Assembly: GCA_040384725.1 (NCBI GenBank)
Contig: JAZKIS010000011.1
Coordinates: 1-59,213, forward strand
DNA length: 59,213 bases
Origin: Patescibacteria group bacterium
Lineage (GTDB): Bacteria; Patescibacteriota; Minisyncoccia; Phycocordibacterales; Phycocordibacteraceae
Direction of reading: 5' to 3'
Positions 39,004 through 48,452 of the stretch are shown piece after piece; within the stretch, counting starts at the first letter, position 1, and each line of letters starts with the position of its first letter. Both the position numbers and the translations under genes were made by a program. The notes under the pieces were generated by a model, which was not told the DNA's origin, searched no databases, and saw only the letters and a list, made by a program, of their open reading frames with translations.

Positions 39004-40065
39004 ATGAATAAGAACGTCTCCATCACCATTACCCCGGGCACCATGATCATGGCTCTTGTTATAGGGGCCGTCGCCTATGCGCTCTGGCTTCTTCGCGATA
39101 TAGCGCTCCTCGTCCTTACGGCCATCGTGATCGCCTCGGCGATCGAGCCCGGGGTCGTGTTCTTCACGAAGCGCCGCATCCATCGCATCGTCGCCGTTAC
39201 GGTGATGTACCTGGCCGTGTTCGGATCGCTCTTCGGTCTCGTGTACTTCTTCCTCCCCCCGATACTCGCCGAGACGCAGAGCTTCCTCTCAACCGCGCCG
39301 CAGTATCTGGATACGCTCAACCTGCCGTCGACCATCACGGGCCTCACTGAGACCGCGCGTAACGCAGCGTCCGCTGAGCAGTCCCAATCTATCTTCGACA
39401 CGCTGTTCGCGTTCCAGTCCGCGTTCGCGGATACGTCAGGCGGCGTCGTGCGGATCGTGTCGACCTTCTTCGGCGGCATCTTCGCGCTCTTCCTGGTTAT
39501 CGTGCTCTCGTTCTATTTCGCGGTGCAATCGACCGGCGTCGAGGACTTCATCCGTCTTCTTAGCCCTGCCAAGCACGAGCAGTATGCGACAGGCCTCTGG
39601 CTCCGTGCCCAGCGAAAGATCGGACAGTGGATGCAGGGTCAGCTTCTGCTCTCCTTGATCTCAGGAACGATCACCTACCTCGGTCTCCTTATCCTTGGCG
39701 TGCCCTACGCGCTCCTCCTCGCGGTGCTCGCTGCCGTTATGAACCTCGTGCCCGTCTTCGGATCCCTCATCGCCGGCGTGTTCGCGACCATCGTTGCGCT
39801 CGGATCGGGAGGGTTCGCGCTCGCGCTCATGGTTGCGGGCCTCTTCATCATCATCAACCAGATAGAAGGGAACCTCCTGTACCCGCTCGTGGTAAACAAG
39901 GTGGTGGGTATTCCGCCGCTCCTCGTCATCCTCGCGCTTCTCGTCGGTGGCAGCCTTGCAGGCTTCCTCGGGGTCGTGCTCTCCATCCCGCTCGCTGCCG
40001 CGTTCCGTGAGTTCCTCTCCGATCTCGAGAAGAACAAGCGAATGAAGGCCGTTGCTGAGGTCTAG
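39004..40065 (+). CDS. AI-2E family (PerM/UPF0118) transporter
   Basis: Multi-TM; W.QGQ, P..G, QIEGNLLYP, G..G.VLSIP. Confidence 0.9.
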   Translation: MNKNVSITITPGTMIMALVIGAVAYALWLLRDIALLVLTAIVIASAIEPGVVFFTKRRIHRIVAVTVMYLAVFGSLFGLVYFFLPPILAETQSFLSTAPQYLDTLNLPSTITGLTETARNAASAEQSQSIFDTLFAFQSAFADTSGGVVRIVSTFFGGIFALFLVIVLSFYFAVQSTGVEDFIRLLSPAKHEQYATGLWLRAQRKIGQWMQGQLLLSLISGTITYLGLLILGVPYALLLAVLAAVMNLVPVFGSLIAGVFATIVALGSGGFALALMVAGLFIIINQIEGNLLYPLVVNKVVGIPPLLVILALLVGGSLAGFLGVVLSIPLAAAFREFLSDLEKNKRMKAVAEV

Positions 40066-40069
40066 TGCC

Positions 40070-41512
40070 ATGGCTCGTTACATAACCACAACGCTTCCGT
40101 ACGTGAATGCCGATCCGCATATCGGCTTCGCGCTCGAAGTAATCCAGGCAGATACGCTTTCGCGCCTCTGGCGTCTTCAGGGAGAGGAAGTTTTCTATTT
40201 CCTAGGCACCGACGAGCACGGGCAGAAGGTCTGGGAGGCTGCTGAGGCAGCAGGTGTCGACGTACAGGCGTACACAAAGCAGTACGCGGAAGAAGTACAG
40301 AAGCTTACCGGCGCGCTCGCGCTCAACATAGACGCGCGCATGCGCACGAGCGATACGGCGCACTATACGGCTGCGCAGGAGATGTGGAGACAGTGCGAAG
40401 CAGCAGGGGACATCTACAAGAAGAATTACACCGGCCTCTATTGCATCGGATGCGAAGCGTATAAGACGAAGAAAGATCTCGACGAGCAAGGGAAATGCGT
40501 GCTCCACCCATCCCTTACGCCACAGGAAATCAGCGAAGAGAACTATTTCTTTAGGTACAGCAACTACGGCGAACAGCTTCTCCAGTACCTCTCGGACGAG
40601 AGCGTGATCCTGCCCGATTGGCGGCGAGAAGAAGCGATTGCGTTCGTAAAGGGAGGACTCGAGGACTTCAGCATCTCGCGCGAGAAAGCGAAGCTCTCAT
40701 GGGGCGTCCCGGTGCCTGGCGACGAGTCCCAGGTTATGTACGTCTGGTTCGACGCGCTCACGAGCTATATATCCGTGCTCGGGTGGCCTGCGGAGAAGGA
40801 ACGCTTTGAGAAGTTCTGGGAGAACGGCCGTACGCTCCAGATGGGAGGGAAGGACCAGGTCCGTTTCCAGTCCCTCATGTGGCAGGCCATGCTCATGTCC
40901 GCAAAGATCAAGAATACCGAGCAGATCTTCTACCATGGTTTCATCAACTCCGGAGGCCAGCGGATGTCGAAGTCTCTCGGGAACGTGATTAGCCCGTACG
41001 ACCTCGTGGAGAAGTACGGTACCGATGCGACGCGCTACCTTCTCCTGCGCCATGTGCATCCGGCAGAAGATTCTGACGTAACATGGGAGCGCCTTGATGA
41101 GTGGTATTTAGCCAATCTCGTGAACGGCCTGGGGAATCTTGTTGCGCGCGTCATGAAGCTCGCGGAAGACAATCTCACTGGCCCGGTTCAGTTTGTGAAG
41201 GGAGACATGGACATTGACCCTGCGTTTACGTCGCATCTTAACGAGTTCCGTTTCAACGAAGCGGTCGATTACATATTCGCCATCATCGGCGAGTGCGACG
41301 CGTACATGACGGCGAAGGAGCCGTACAAGAAGGTGAAGAGCCCGGACGACGGCATCGCGAACGAGGGAAGGGAGGACATCACGTTCCTGGTCCGAAAGCT
41401 CGCGCTAATCGGTACGCATCTTGCGCCCGTAATGCCGGCAACGAGCGAAAGGGTCCTGAACGCGGTTCAAGGCAATACAAAGCCCGAGAATCTTTTTCCT
41501 CGTTTGACATAA
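40070..41512 (+). CDS. metG: Methionine--tRNA ligase (short, no C-terminal tRNA-binding domain)
   Basis: YVNADPHIG, GTDEHGQK, YVWFDAL, RMSKSLGN, LFPRL. Confidence 0.95.
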   Translation: MARYITTTLPYVNADPHIGFALEVIQADTLSRLWRLQGEEVFYFLGTDEHGQKVWEAAEAAGVDVQAYTKQYAEEVQKLTGALALNIDARMRTSDTAHYTAAQEMWRQCEAAGDIYKKNYTGLYCIGCEAYKTKKDLDEQGKCVLHPSLTPQEISEENYFFRYSNYGEQLLQYLSDESVILPDWRREEAIAFVKGGLEDFSISREKAKLSWGVPVPGDESQVMYVWFDALTSYISVLGWPAEKERFEKFWENGRTLQMGGKDQVRFQSLMWQAMLMSAKIKNTEQIFYHGFINSGGQRMSKSLGNVISPYDLVEKYGTDATRYLLLRHVHPAEDSDVTWERLDEWYLANLVNGLGNLVARVMKLAEDNLTGPVQFVKGDMDIDPAFTSHLNEFRFNEAVDYIFAIIGECDAYMTAKEPYKKVKSPDDGIANEGREDITFLVRKLALIGTHLAPVMPATSERVLNAVQGNTKPENLFPRLT

Positions 41513-41563
41513 GGTAGCGAGGGCCGCATCCTGGCCGCAGAGTTCTCAAGAAGGGATCATTTA

Positions 41564-42037
41564 ATGTTCAGGTATCTTCTGTTTCCGCTTGCAGGGTTTT
41601 TTCTCATCCTGTGGGCCGCGTTCTCTTCAGGTGTCATCACGCGAGAGGCGCTCGAAGGAACGCATGGCATCGCGCTACTCATGGTCACCATCAGTTCTAT
41701 GGCCGTCCGCGGGATCCATGGCTCTGATGTGTCCAAGTCGACCGTATTCGTCGTCTGGTTTACGACTACGGCTGTAATCATCGGCAGCTATAGCGTCATT
41801 GACCAGTCGTGGTGGGTCGGGATGCTGCTCGCCATAACGTTCCTGATAGCGATCAGCATCATCGGATTCGTCTATGCCTGGTTCAGGCCGACATCTCCCG
41901 ACTATTCGTATGGCTACCATCATCCGAAATGGGGCACCTGTAACATCTCAACGAACGGCCGCTCCTTGCATGAGACGGAAAAGGAAATCCGCGCGATCTG
42001 TCGTGAAGCGCGTGCGGAACTTTCTGCAAAGGCCTGA
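41564..42037 (+). CDS. Hypothetical membrane protein, accessory
   Basis: About four TM segments; TTGACA upstream; terminator at 42046-42071. Confidence 0.6.
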   Translation: MFRYLLFPLAGFFLILWAAFSSGVITREALEGTHGIALLMVTISSMAVRGIHGSDVSKSTVFVVWFTTTAVIIGSYSVIDQSWWVGMLLAITFLIAISIIGFVYAWFRPTSPDYSYGYHHPKWGTCNISTNGRSLHETEKEIRAICREARAELSAKA

Positions 42038-42091
42038 CAAAGGCAAAGGCCCGTCCGAGGACGGGCCTTTTTGTGTGCTACGGTATCCCAC

Positions 42092-42883
42092 ATGAAGTAT
42101 TTCGATGCGCACTGCCACGTACAGTTCGATCCATATGATGCGGACCGAGCTGCTGTTATTAGCGCTATGCAGGACAAGGAAGTCGGAGGAATGGTTGTGG
42201 GAGTTGACCTTGATTCGTCAGTGAAGGCACTCAAGCTTGTTGAGAACCTTCCGAACTTCTACGCTTCCGCAGGCCTCCATCCGAACTACGTACTCGACGA
42301 GCGTTTCGACGAGGATTCGTTCCGTGCGATCTTGAGGCATCCGAAGATGAAAGCAGTAGGGGAGTGTGGGCTCGATAACTTCCGACCGGCAGATGTAGAG
42401 GTCTCGAAGGTAGAGCAGCGCAGAGTATTCGAGAAGCACATCGAGCTCGCGGTGGAAGCCGATAAGCCGATGATGGTCCATTCTCGTCCGTCGAAAGGGA
42501 CGCAGGATGCATACCGGGACATGATCGATATCCTTCGCGCCTATAAGCAAGAGCACGGAGACCGTCTCCGAGGCGACATACACTTTTTCGTGGGTAGCAT
42601 CAAAGAGGCGCGTGACTTTGTCGACCTCGGATTCACGATGTCCTTCACTGCAGTGCTGACCTTCGCTCGGGACTATGACGAGGTGGTCCGTTTCTTGCCG
42701 CTTTCGAGCATCATCACGGAGACCGACTCGCCGTACGTGGCACCGTCACGTATCCGGGGCCAGAGAAACGAGCCAGTGTCCGTTATTGATGTGGTGGGCG
42801 CGCTCGCACAGATACGGAGCGAGGAGGAAGACGTGGTCCGTGAGGCGGTGCTCGCGAACACGAAAGCTCTGCTCTCGCTTTAA
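42092..42883 (+). CDS. tatD: TatD family nuclease
   Basis: DAHCH, GLHP, GECGLD, H.R, ETDSPY. Confidence 0.95.
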   Translation: MKYFDAHCHVQFDPYDADRAAVISAMQDKEVGGMVVGVDLDSSVKALKLVENLPNFYASAGLHPNYVLDERFDEDSFRAILRHPKMKAVGECGLDNFRPADVEVSKVEQRRVFEKHIELAVEADKPMMVHSRPSKGTQDAYRDMIDILRAYKQEHGDRLRGDIHFFVGSIKEARDFVDLGFTMSFTAVLTFARDYDEVVRFLPLSSIITETDSPYVAPSRIRGQRNEPVSVIDVVGALAQIRSEEEDVVREAVLANTKALLSL

Positions 42884-42926
42884 ACAAAGACGAAAGGCGC
42901 TCCCCGAGGGAAGCGCCTGACTAGGC

Positions 42927-43466
42927 TTACATGCCTAGTTTTCGAAGACTTATTCTGTTTACGATCCGAGCAACGAATTCTCGGAGTACGCGGTCAAAGA
43001 AACTGGCCGGCACTTCGTGGGTTTCGTATCGGACAGGAACGGCGATGCGCTGAGCCTTGAAGATTGCTTCTACGTTGATCATGAGACGCTCTTTGTGCCA
43101 TGACTTAACGACGAAGATAACCTCCTCGATCTCCTCCGACCTGCACTCGCAGAAGCGGATAAAATCCGCAGTTGCCATAACCTCGCCCCGGGTAGTGAAG
43201 GACGGAGCCTCGTTATAACGGAGCGCGAGCGCTGGGTGCCGCTGGGCAATGTGCGCGATCATCACCCCGGCCATAAGGATATGATCCCACGCCGGACCCG
43301 CACGAGTTGGGGTTAGCAATATTTCGCTCCCCGGGCACGTGAGAGCAATGGCGGCCGCGTGGTCGCATGCCTCTCTCGTGCCCGGGCCGCATATGATTGC
43401 ATTGTTCGTGTCCCGATCGAGTTTCCACGCGATAGGAACGATAAGTACTTTTCTTTGAGTCTCCAA
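42927..43466 (-). CDS. Hypothetical protein, weakly YdcF/DUF218-like
   Basis: TTG start with SD GAGGGGG; 'TTRGE' and 'VKSWHKER' resemble DUF218 motifs. Confidence 0.45.
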   Translation of the reverse strand: METQRKVLIVPIAWKLDRDTNNAIICGPGTREACDHAAAIALTCPGSEILLTPTRAGPAWDHILMAGVMIAHIAQRHPALALRYNEAPSFTTRGEVMATADFIRFCECRSEEIEEVIFVVKSWHKERLMINVEAIFKAQRIAVPVRYETHEVPASFFDRVLREFVARIVNRISLRKLGM

Positions 43467-43578
43467 TGAAACCCCCTCAGCTAAATGAGACGCTCTTTCG
43501 TGATACTACGACATATAAAATATTTATCAAGATTAGAATTGTCTGACCCTCATTGCTGTGGTACAGTGCGCGGGTTAT

Positions 43579-44067
43579 ATGAACACAGACATCGAACACG
43601 GTGCAGGCAGCACCGAGCAGGAGCTTGAAGCGGGATATAACGAATCCCGTGTATATGAGCTCGGCTTCCATATCGATCCTGAACTGCCGCAGGAAGAAGT
43701 GAAGAAGACCTACCAGTCCCTTCGTGAGAAGGCTTCGACGCTCGTCGCTGAAGGCGAGCCGCAGAAGATCCCGCTCGCGTACACCATCTCTCAGAAGGTG
43801 CAGGGGGGTGGCCGTCGCGACTTCGACACCGCGTACTTCGCATGGTTCGCCTATGAGGCGGATAGCGCGGAGCACGAGGCGATCGTCGAGGCAGCGAAGG
43901 CAGAGGGTCGTCTCATCCGCTTCATCGATCTCCGCACTGACAAGGAGACTGCGAAGCATGCGGCAGAAATGCACGAGATCTACGCCAAGATGGGCGAAGC
44001 GCAGCAGACTGAGGGCGAGGTATCTGATACCGAGCTCGATGCAGCGCTCAAGGAGGCAGGTGTGTAA
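43579..44067 (+). CDS. rpsF: 30S ribosomal protein S6 with terminal extensions
   Basis: YELGF, LAYTI, AYF, IRF; rpsF-ssb-rpsR synteny. Confidence 0.88.
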   Translation: MNTDIEHGAGSTEQELEAGYNESRVYELGFHIDPELPQEEVKKTYQSLREKASTLVAEGEPQKIPLAYTISQKVQGGGRRDFDTAYFAWFAYEADSAEHEAIVEAAKAEGRLIRFIDLRTDKETAKHAAEMHEIYAKMGEAQQTEGEVSDTELDAALKEAGV

Positions 44068-44087
44068 GGGGTATATACTAAACGTAT

Positions 44088-44555
44088 ATGTACCTAAACA
44101 AAGTCCTTCTCTACGGAAACCTCACCCGCGACCCGGAGCTTAAAGCGCTTCCGTCAGGTCAGCAGGTTGCATCGTTCGGTCTCGCTACTAACCGCTCCTT
44201 CAAGAACAAGGAAGGCGCTCAGCAGGAGCAGACAGAGTTCCACAACATCGTTGCGTTCGGTCGCACGGCAGAAGTCATGGGCCAGTACCTCAAGAAGGGA
44301 CGGCCTATCTACGTCGAAGGCCGCATCCAGACCCGCTCATGGGATAAGGACGGGGTTAAGCAGTACCGTACCGAGATCGTGGTGGACACCTTCCAGTTCG
44401 GCGCGCAGGCAGGAGGCGACGGTCAGCGTTCTGGCGGTTATGCCGCAGGTCCTGCACAGACCGAGAGTGCTCCTCAGCAGCAGGCACCTAGCGACCCGGG
44501 CGCAGACATCCAGTATCCCGAGGAGGAGATCAATCCCGAAGACATTCCATTCTAG
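44088..44555 (+). CDS. ssb: Single-stranded DNA-binding protein
   Basis: NKVLLYGNLTRDPE, EGRIQTRSW, C-terminal DIPF. Confidence 0.97.
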   Translation: MYLNKVLLYGNLTRDPELKALPSGQQVASFGLATNRSFKNKEGAQQEQTEFHNIVAFGRTAEVMGQYLKKGRPIYVEGRIQTRSWDKDGVKQYRTEIVVDTFQFGAQAGGDGQRSGGYAAGPAQTESAPQQQAPSDPGADIQYPEEEINPEDIPF

Positions 44556-44575
44556 TTTTCAGTTAAGCAATCACC

Positions 44576-44782
44576 ATGGCACATCAATCAGATCGTGAAG
44601 AGATAGAGCACAAGAAGTTCGTAGACTACAAGGACGTACAGTACCTCCGTATGTTCATGAACCCGCACGCGAAGATTCTCGCGAAGAAGCGTACCAACGT
44701 GCAGGCAAGCCGCCAGCGCGAGATCGCACTCGCAATTAAGCGCGCACGTTTCATGGCGCTTCTTCCGTACCTCGCCGCGTAA
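44576..44782 (+). CDS. rpsR: 30S ribosomal protein S18 (no Zn-binding Cys)
   Basis: DYKD, AIKRARFMALLPY. Confidence 0.95.
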   Translation: MAHQSDREEIEHKKFVDYKDVQYLRMFMNPHAKILAKKRTNVQASRQREIALAIKRARFMALLPYLAA

Positions 44783-44896
44783 GCCTAAGAGGGAAGAGAC
44801 AAGACCCGCCTTGAGCGGGTCTTGTCGTTTGCGTGGCAATGTGGTTTCCTTCCATTCAGAGAGACTGCTCCTGCAGTCTTCGAAAGGGAGAAATCC

Positions 44897-45088
44897 ATGA
44901 GCAAGCCGCAAAAAGACAACGGCTTCAGAACGTTCGTTAACACCGTCAGCGTGCTGGCATTCCTCGTCCTTGCGGCCTGTATTATCTTCGGTCGCAATAA
45001 TTCGAACGATCCTGCACCGGTCGACGCTGTGATTGTGCCGCCGGCCACGCAGGACGCAGCCTACAAGGCTGCAGATCGTTTCGGTTGA
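44897..45088 (+). CDS. Small single-TM hypothetical protein
   Basis: SD GGGAG; 63 aa with one TM. Confidence 0.55.
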   Translation: MSKPQKDNGFRTFVNTVSVLAFLVLAACIIFGRNNSNDPAPVDAVIVPPATQDAAYKAADRFG

Positions 45089-45246
45089 TCAGCCTTTGAC
45101 GCATCAAACTCTGAAGAGCCCGACCTCGAAAGAGAGCGGGTTTTTCCTTTAGATACACGTACTATTTTGAGAAAAGCTGCTCTCGTGATTATATATATGA
45201 GCGACGGAATGGGCCGTCGCATTTCTGTTCCTTCTAGGGGTACTAC

Positions 45247-45432
45247 GTGTACGAAACGCATAATAAGAAACTTTCGATTTCGAAGAGCGAACGAGCGTTC
45301 GCAATATTCGGGGGCATCTGCGTCGGCGTGTTCGGTGTCATCTTGTTGATCGGCACCATAGAGCACATGATCAAAACATCCTATCTGGGTGCACCCGAAA
45401 CTCCGGTCGAGCGCCCCTTAACAGGGCACTGA
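45247..45432 (+). CDS. Small single-TM hypothetical protein
   Basis: GTG start with AGGGG; one TM; terminator at 45456-45482. Confidence 0.5.
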   Translation: MYETHNKKLSISKSERAFAIFGGICVGVFGVILLIGTIEHMIKTSYLGAPETPVERPLTGH

Positions 45433-45482
45433 CCAACCACGCGCAGAATGCGCGAGGCCCCCTCGATGAGGGGGCCTTTTTC

Positions 45483-46058
45483 TTATGCTTTCTCAACGCG
45501 CTCTACGTATTCTCCGGTATCCGTGTTGATACGGAGGATGTCTCCTTCGTTGATGAAGAGGGGAGTGGTGATAGAAGCACCGCTTTCTAGCACTACTTTC
45601 TTATCGCCGCCCGTCGCGGTGTCGCCCCGTACCGCAGGAGGCGCCTCTTTCACTTTGAGTTCTACCTTGATAGGGATCGCGATCGTCATAGGGTTGTCGT
45701 TGTAGAGGAGCACTTCAACCGGTGCGTTCTGTACGAGCCACTGCACCTTCTCGTGCACCGCGTTCTCCGGGAACGCGAAGCGGTTCTTCGGGTTTCCTGA
45801 CTCGGTGAACCATGATTCGCCACGGTTCGTGTAAAGATAGGTCGCCTGCATCTTGCCGATATCTGCCTCGGGAACGGTTTCCGACTGATGGAAGGAGATC
45901 TCGAGCACTTTCCCGGAAATGAGATGCTTCAGTTTCGTCTGGTTTACCGGCTTCCTCTGCTGCATGCGGAACACATGGGAGGAGAGGACTTCGTACGGCT
46001 CGTTGTTGTAGACGATAACCTTCTTCTGGGTGATCTCGTTGTAGGAAAGGATTGCCAT
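45483..46058 (-). CDS. efp: Elongation factor P with an atypical tip loop
   Basis: PAVRGDTA, LESG, PLFINEGD..RINTDTGEYVER. Confidence 0.93.
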   Translation of the reverse strand: MAILSYNEITQKKVIVYNNEPYEVLSSHVFRMQQRKPVNQTKLKHLISGKVLEISFHQSETVPEADIGKMQATYLYTNRGESWFTESGNPKNRFAFPENAVHEKVQWLVQNAPVEVLLYNDNPMTIAIPIKVELKVKEAPPAVRGDTATGGDKKVVLESGASITTPLFINEGDILRINTDTGEYVERVEKA

Positions 46059-46137
46059 AGGGAATGTAACGAGGAGAGCCTTCAGCGCGTTATAAAAAAT
46101 GCCGGGCTCCCGGATAGGGGGTATGATACAGGACACC

Positions 46138-46719
46138 ATGCCGGAAGCAACCACATCCCTGGAGCTGTCTGACGAAGAGATCCTGCGTCAGTGTCGTAAG
46201 GACCCGGAAGTCTTTGCGCAGCTTGTGGCCCGGTACGAGGCCGCCTTCCTCCGAAAGGCTCGTTCCATCGTCTGGTCCCCCGAGGACGCGGAGGAGGTAG
46301 TCCAGGACGCCTTCACGCGCATCTATCTCTATGCGGACCGGTACGAAGCCATGGAGGGCGCCTCGTTCTCGTCCTGGGGCTATATGATCCTCACCCGGCT
46401 TGCGTTCACTCGGTATCAGAAGCTAAAGACCAAGAACGCTCGGTTCTCAGACCTCGATCCGGAGACCTATGAGCGGCTCCCGGAAGAAGGTACGTTCCTC
46501 GAGGATTTGACGATCAGGGACGAGCTGCTCATGGCGCTCGCCAAGCTTCCCGACGCTGCGCAGAGGGTGCTCTCGCTCCAGTTCCTTGAAGGGAAGACCC
46601 AGGAAGAGATCGCCAGCAGTGAGGGAAGCACGGTACCAGCCGTTAAGACCCGGGTGCACCGTGCGAAGAAATTACTCAAAGACGCCCTAGAACAGAATGC
46701 AAAACCTTATGATTCCTAA
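46138..46719 (+). CDS. ECF RNA polymerase sigma factor
   Basis: SDEE, DAEEVVQDAF, FSSW, region 4 EEIA..GSTVPAVKTRVHRAK; alternative start 46099. Confidence 0.92.
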   Translation: MPEATTSLELSDEEILRQCRKDPEVFAQLVARYEAAFLRKARSIVWSPEDAEEVVQDAFTRIYLYADRYEAMEGASFSSWGYMILTRLAFTRYQKLKTKNARFSDLDPETYERLPEEGTFLEDLTIRDELLMALAKLPDAAQRVLSLQFLEGKTQEEIASSEGSTVPAVKTRVHRAKKLLKDALEQNAKPYDS

Positions 46720-47038
46720 CTCATCGATTTCTCGTACGGTTATGCGCCGCGTTCGCATCATGCACGCAACGCGCGCCTACGCCCCCATGCTCGTGGCGAG
46801 CGTCCTTTTCATAGTCGCCGTCTGGGAGATTGCCAGGGAAGTATGGGTCGCCAGAGTGTTCGAGAACATGCCGTCCTATGCTGACGTGCCCGCACTCCTT
46901 AACTTCTTTGCGGATGCATTCGTTAACACGGAGATAGTCGTACAGGTATTCTCCATACTTGCTCTCGGTGCGCTTGTCTGGCTTGCACGCAGCTTCGCAT
47001 TCGCGATAGGGGAATCGCTCTCGATGCGGCGTATCTAA
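46709..47038 (+). CDS. Small membrane protein, putative anti-sigma factor
   Basis: Overlaps the sigma 3' end; 'VMRRV' followed by two TM helices. Confidence 0.55.
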   Translation: MIPNSSISRTVMRRVRIMHATRAYAPMLVASVLFIVAVWEIAREVWVARVFENMPSYADVPALLNFFADAFVNTEIVVQVFSILALGALVWLARSFAFAIGESLSMRRI

Positions 47039-47049
47039 GGCGCAAGGCT

Positions 47050-48111
47050 CTAGTCTTGTGCGAGCTTCTCGCGGATCTGCTTGAGGATCTCGTTCGCAAC
47101 CGGCTTGTTCTCCCTGAGGAAGGTACGCGTCGCGTCATATCCGCGGCCGATAGAGTTCTCCTTGTACTTGTAGCTTGAGCCGGACTTCTGGAGGATGTCG
47201 TACTTCTCGCCGAGCGCGATGATCTCGCCCTCCCTGGAGATGCCCTCATTATAGAGAAGATCAAACTCCGTGGTCTTGAAGGGGGCTGCTACCTTGTTTT
47301 TCACCACCTTCACGCGGACCCTGCCCCCAACGATCTCTTCGCCCTTCTTGATCTGGGCGATGCGACGGATATCGAGACGGACCGAAGTGTAGAATTTCAA
47401 AGCCTTGCCGCCGGTGGTGGTCTCCGGATTCCCGAACATAACCCCGATCTGCATGCGGATCTGGTTGATGAAGATGATGATGGTGTTCGACTTCGCGGTG
47501 ATCGCCGTAAGCTTCCTGAGCGCCTGGCTCATGAGGCGCGCCTGCTTACCCATCTGGGCCGAGCCCATATCGCCCTCGATCTCATCCTTCGGGGTGAGTG
47601 CCGCGACAGAGTCGACGACGATGACGTCGATAGAGTTTGCGCGTACGAGCGATTCGACGATCTCGAGCGCCTGCTCGCCGGTGTCTGGCTGCGAGATAAG
47701 GAGCTCTGGGAGCTTCACGCCGATCTTGCGCGCGTATTCAGGATCGAGCGCGTGCTCAGCGTCGACGAAGGCGCAGATGCCGCCCTTTTTCTGTGCTTCT
47801 GCGATTACGTGAAGCGCGAGCGTCGTCTTGCCGGAAGATTCTGGACCGAATATCTCGATGATGCGGCCGCGGGGGAGTCCGCCGATACCGAGCGCGGCAT
47901 CAAGGCCCAGAGAGCCGGTAGGGATCGATTCGATCGCCGCTACCTTGCCGCTGCCGTAGGTCATGATCGATTCGTCGCCGAACTTAGTCTGGATCTCTTT
48001 GATCGCGAGGTCTATCGCGCGCTGCTTGGTGTCAGCAGCGCTCGCTCCTTCGACAACCTCATTAGGCGCGAGGGTCTTCGGGGCTTTCTTGGCTGGTTTC
48101 TTTGCAGGCAT
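47050..48111 (-). CDS. recA: Recombinase A
   Basis: [35 protein letters not shown]. Confidence 0.98.
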   Translation of the reverse strand: MPAKKPAKKAPKTLAPNEVVEGASAADTKQRAIDLAIKEIQTKFGDESIMTYGSGKVAAIESIPTGSLGLDAALGIGGLPRGRIIEIFGPESSGKTTLALHVIAEAQKKGGICAFVDAEHALDPEYARKIGVKLPELLISQPDTGEQALEIVESLVRANSIDVIVVDSVAALTPKDEIEGDMGSAQMGKQARLMSQALRKLTAITAKSNTIIIFINQIRMQIGVMFGNPETTTGGKALKFYTSVRLDIRRIAQIKKGEEIVGGRVRVKVVKNKVAAPFKTTEFDLLYNEGISREGEIIALGEKYDILQKSGSSYKYKENSIGRGYDATRTFLRENKPVANEILKQIREKLAQD

Positions 48112-48122
48112 GGTAGGGAAAG

Positions 48123-48449
48123 TTAATTAACGAATACGGATCGCCGTTCGGTTATCTCGCGTCCGAACCGATCGGTTGCGGTTAAGGATAGTATAGCGCC
48201 CCCTGAAGGAAGGGTGAGTGAAGCGCTAAAATTGCCTGCCTCATCCATAAGAAGGGGTGCACCGTTGAGCCACAGGGTCTCGGTGTGGAGCGCCCGGCCT
48301 TCGATGCGGGTCTGGCCGTTCGCGAGCATCTCCTCGCTCGCGGGAGAGACGATGGCGATCTGGGGGCCAGCGATAAGCGGCCATGCTGCGACGGCGCCAT
48401 AGGCAAGGAGCGCAAGAAGGAATACGGCGGCGATGGAGCGGGTAGGCAT
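48123..48449 (-). CDS. Small membrane-anchored Ig-like protein
   Basis: TM then GP.I.I.SP...IEG...ATDRFG. Confidence 0.65.
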   Translation of the reverse strand: MPTRSIAAVFLLALLAYGAVAAWPLIAGPQIAIVSPASEEMLANGQTRIEGRALHTETLWLNGAPLLMDEAGNFSASLTLPSGGAILSLTATDRFGREITERRSVFVN

Positions 48450-48452
48450 AGC

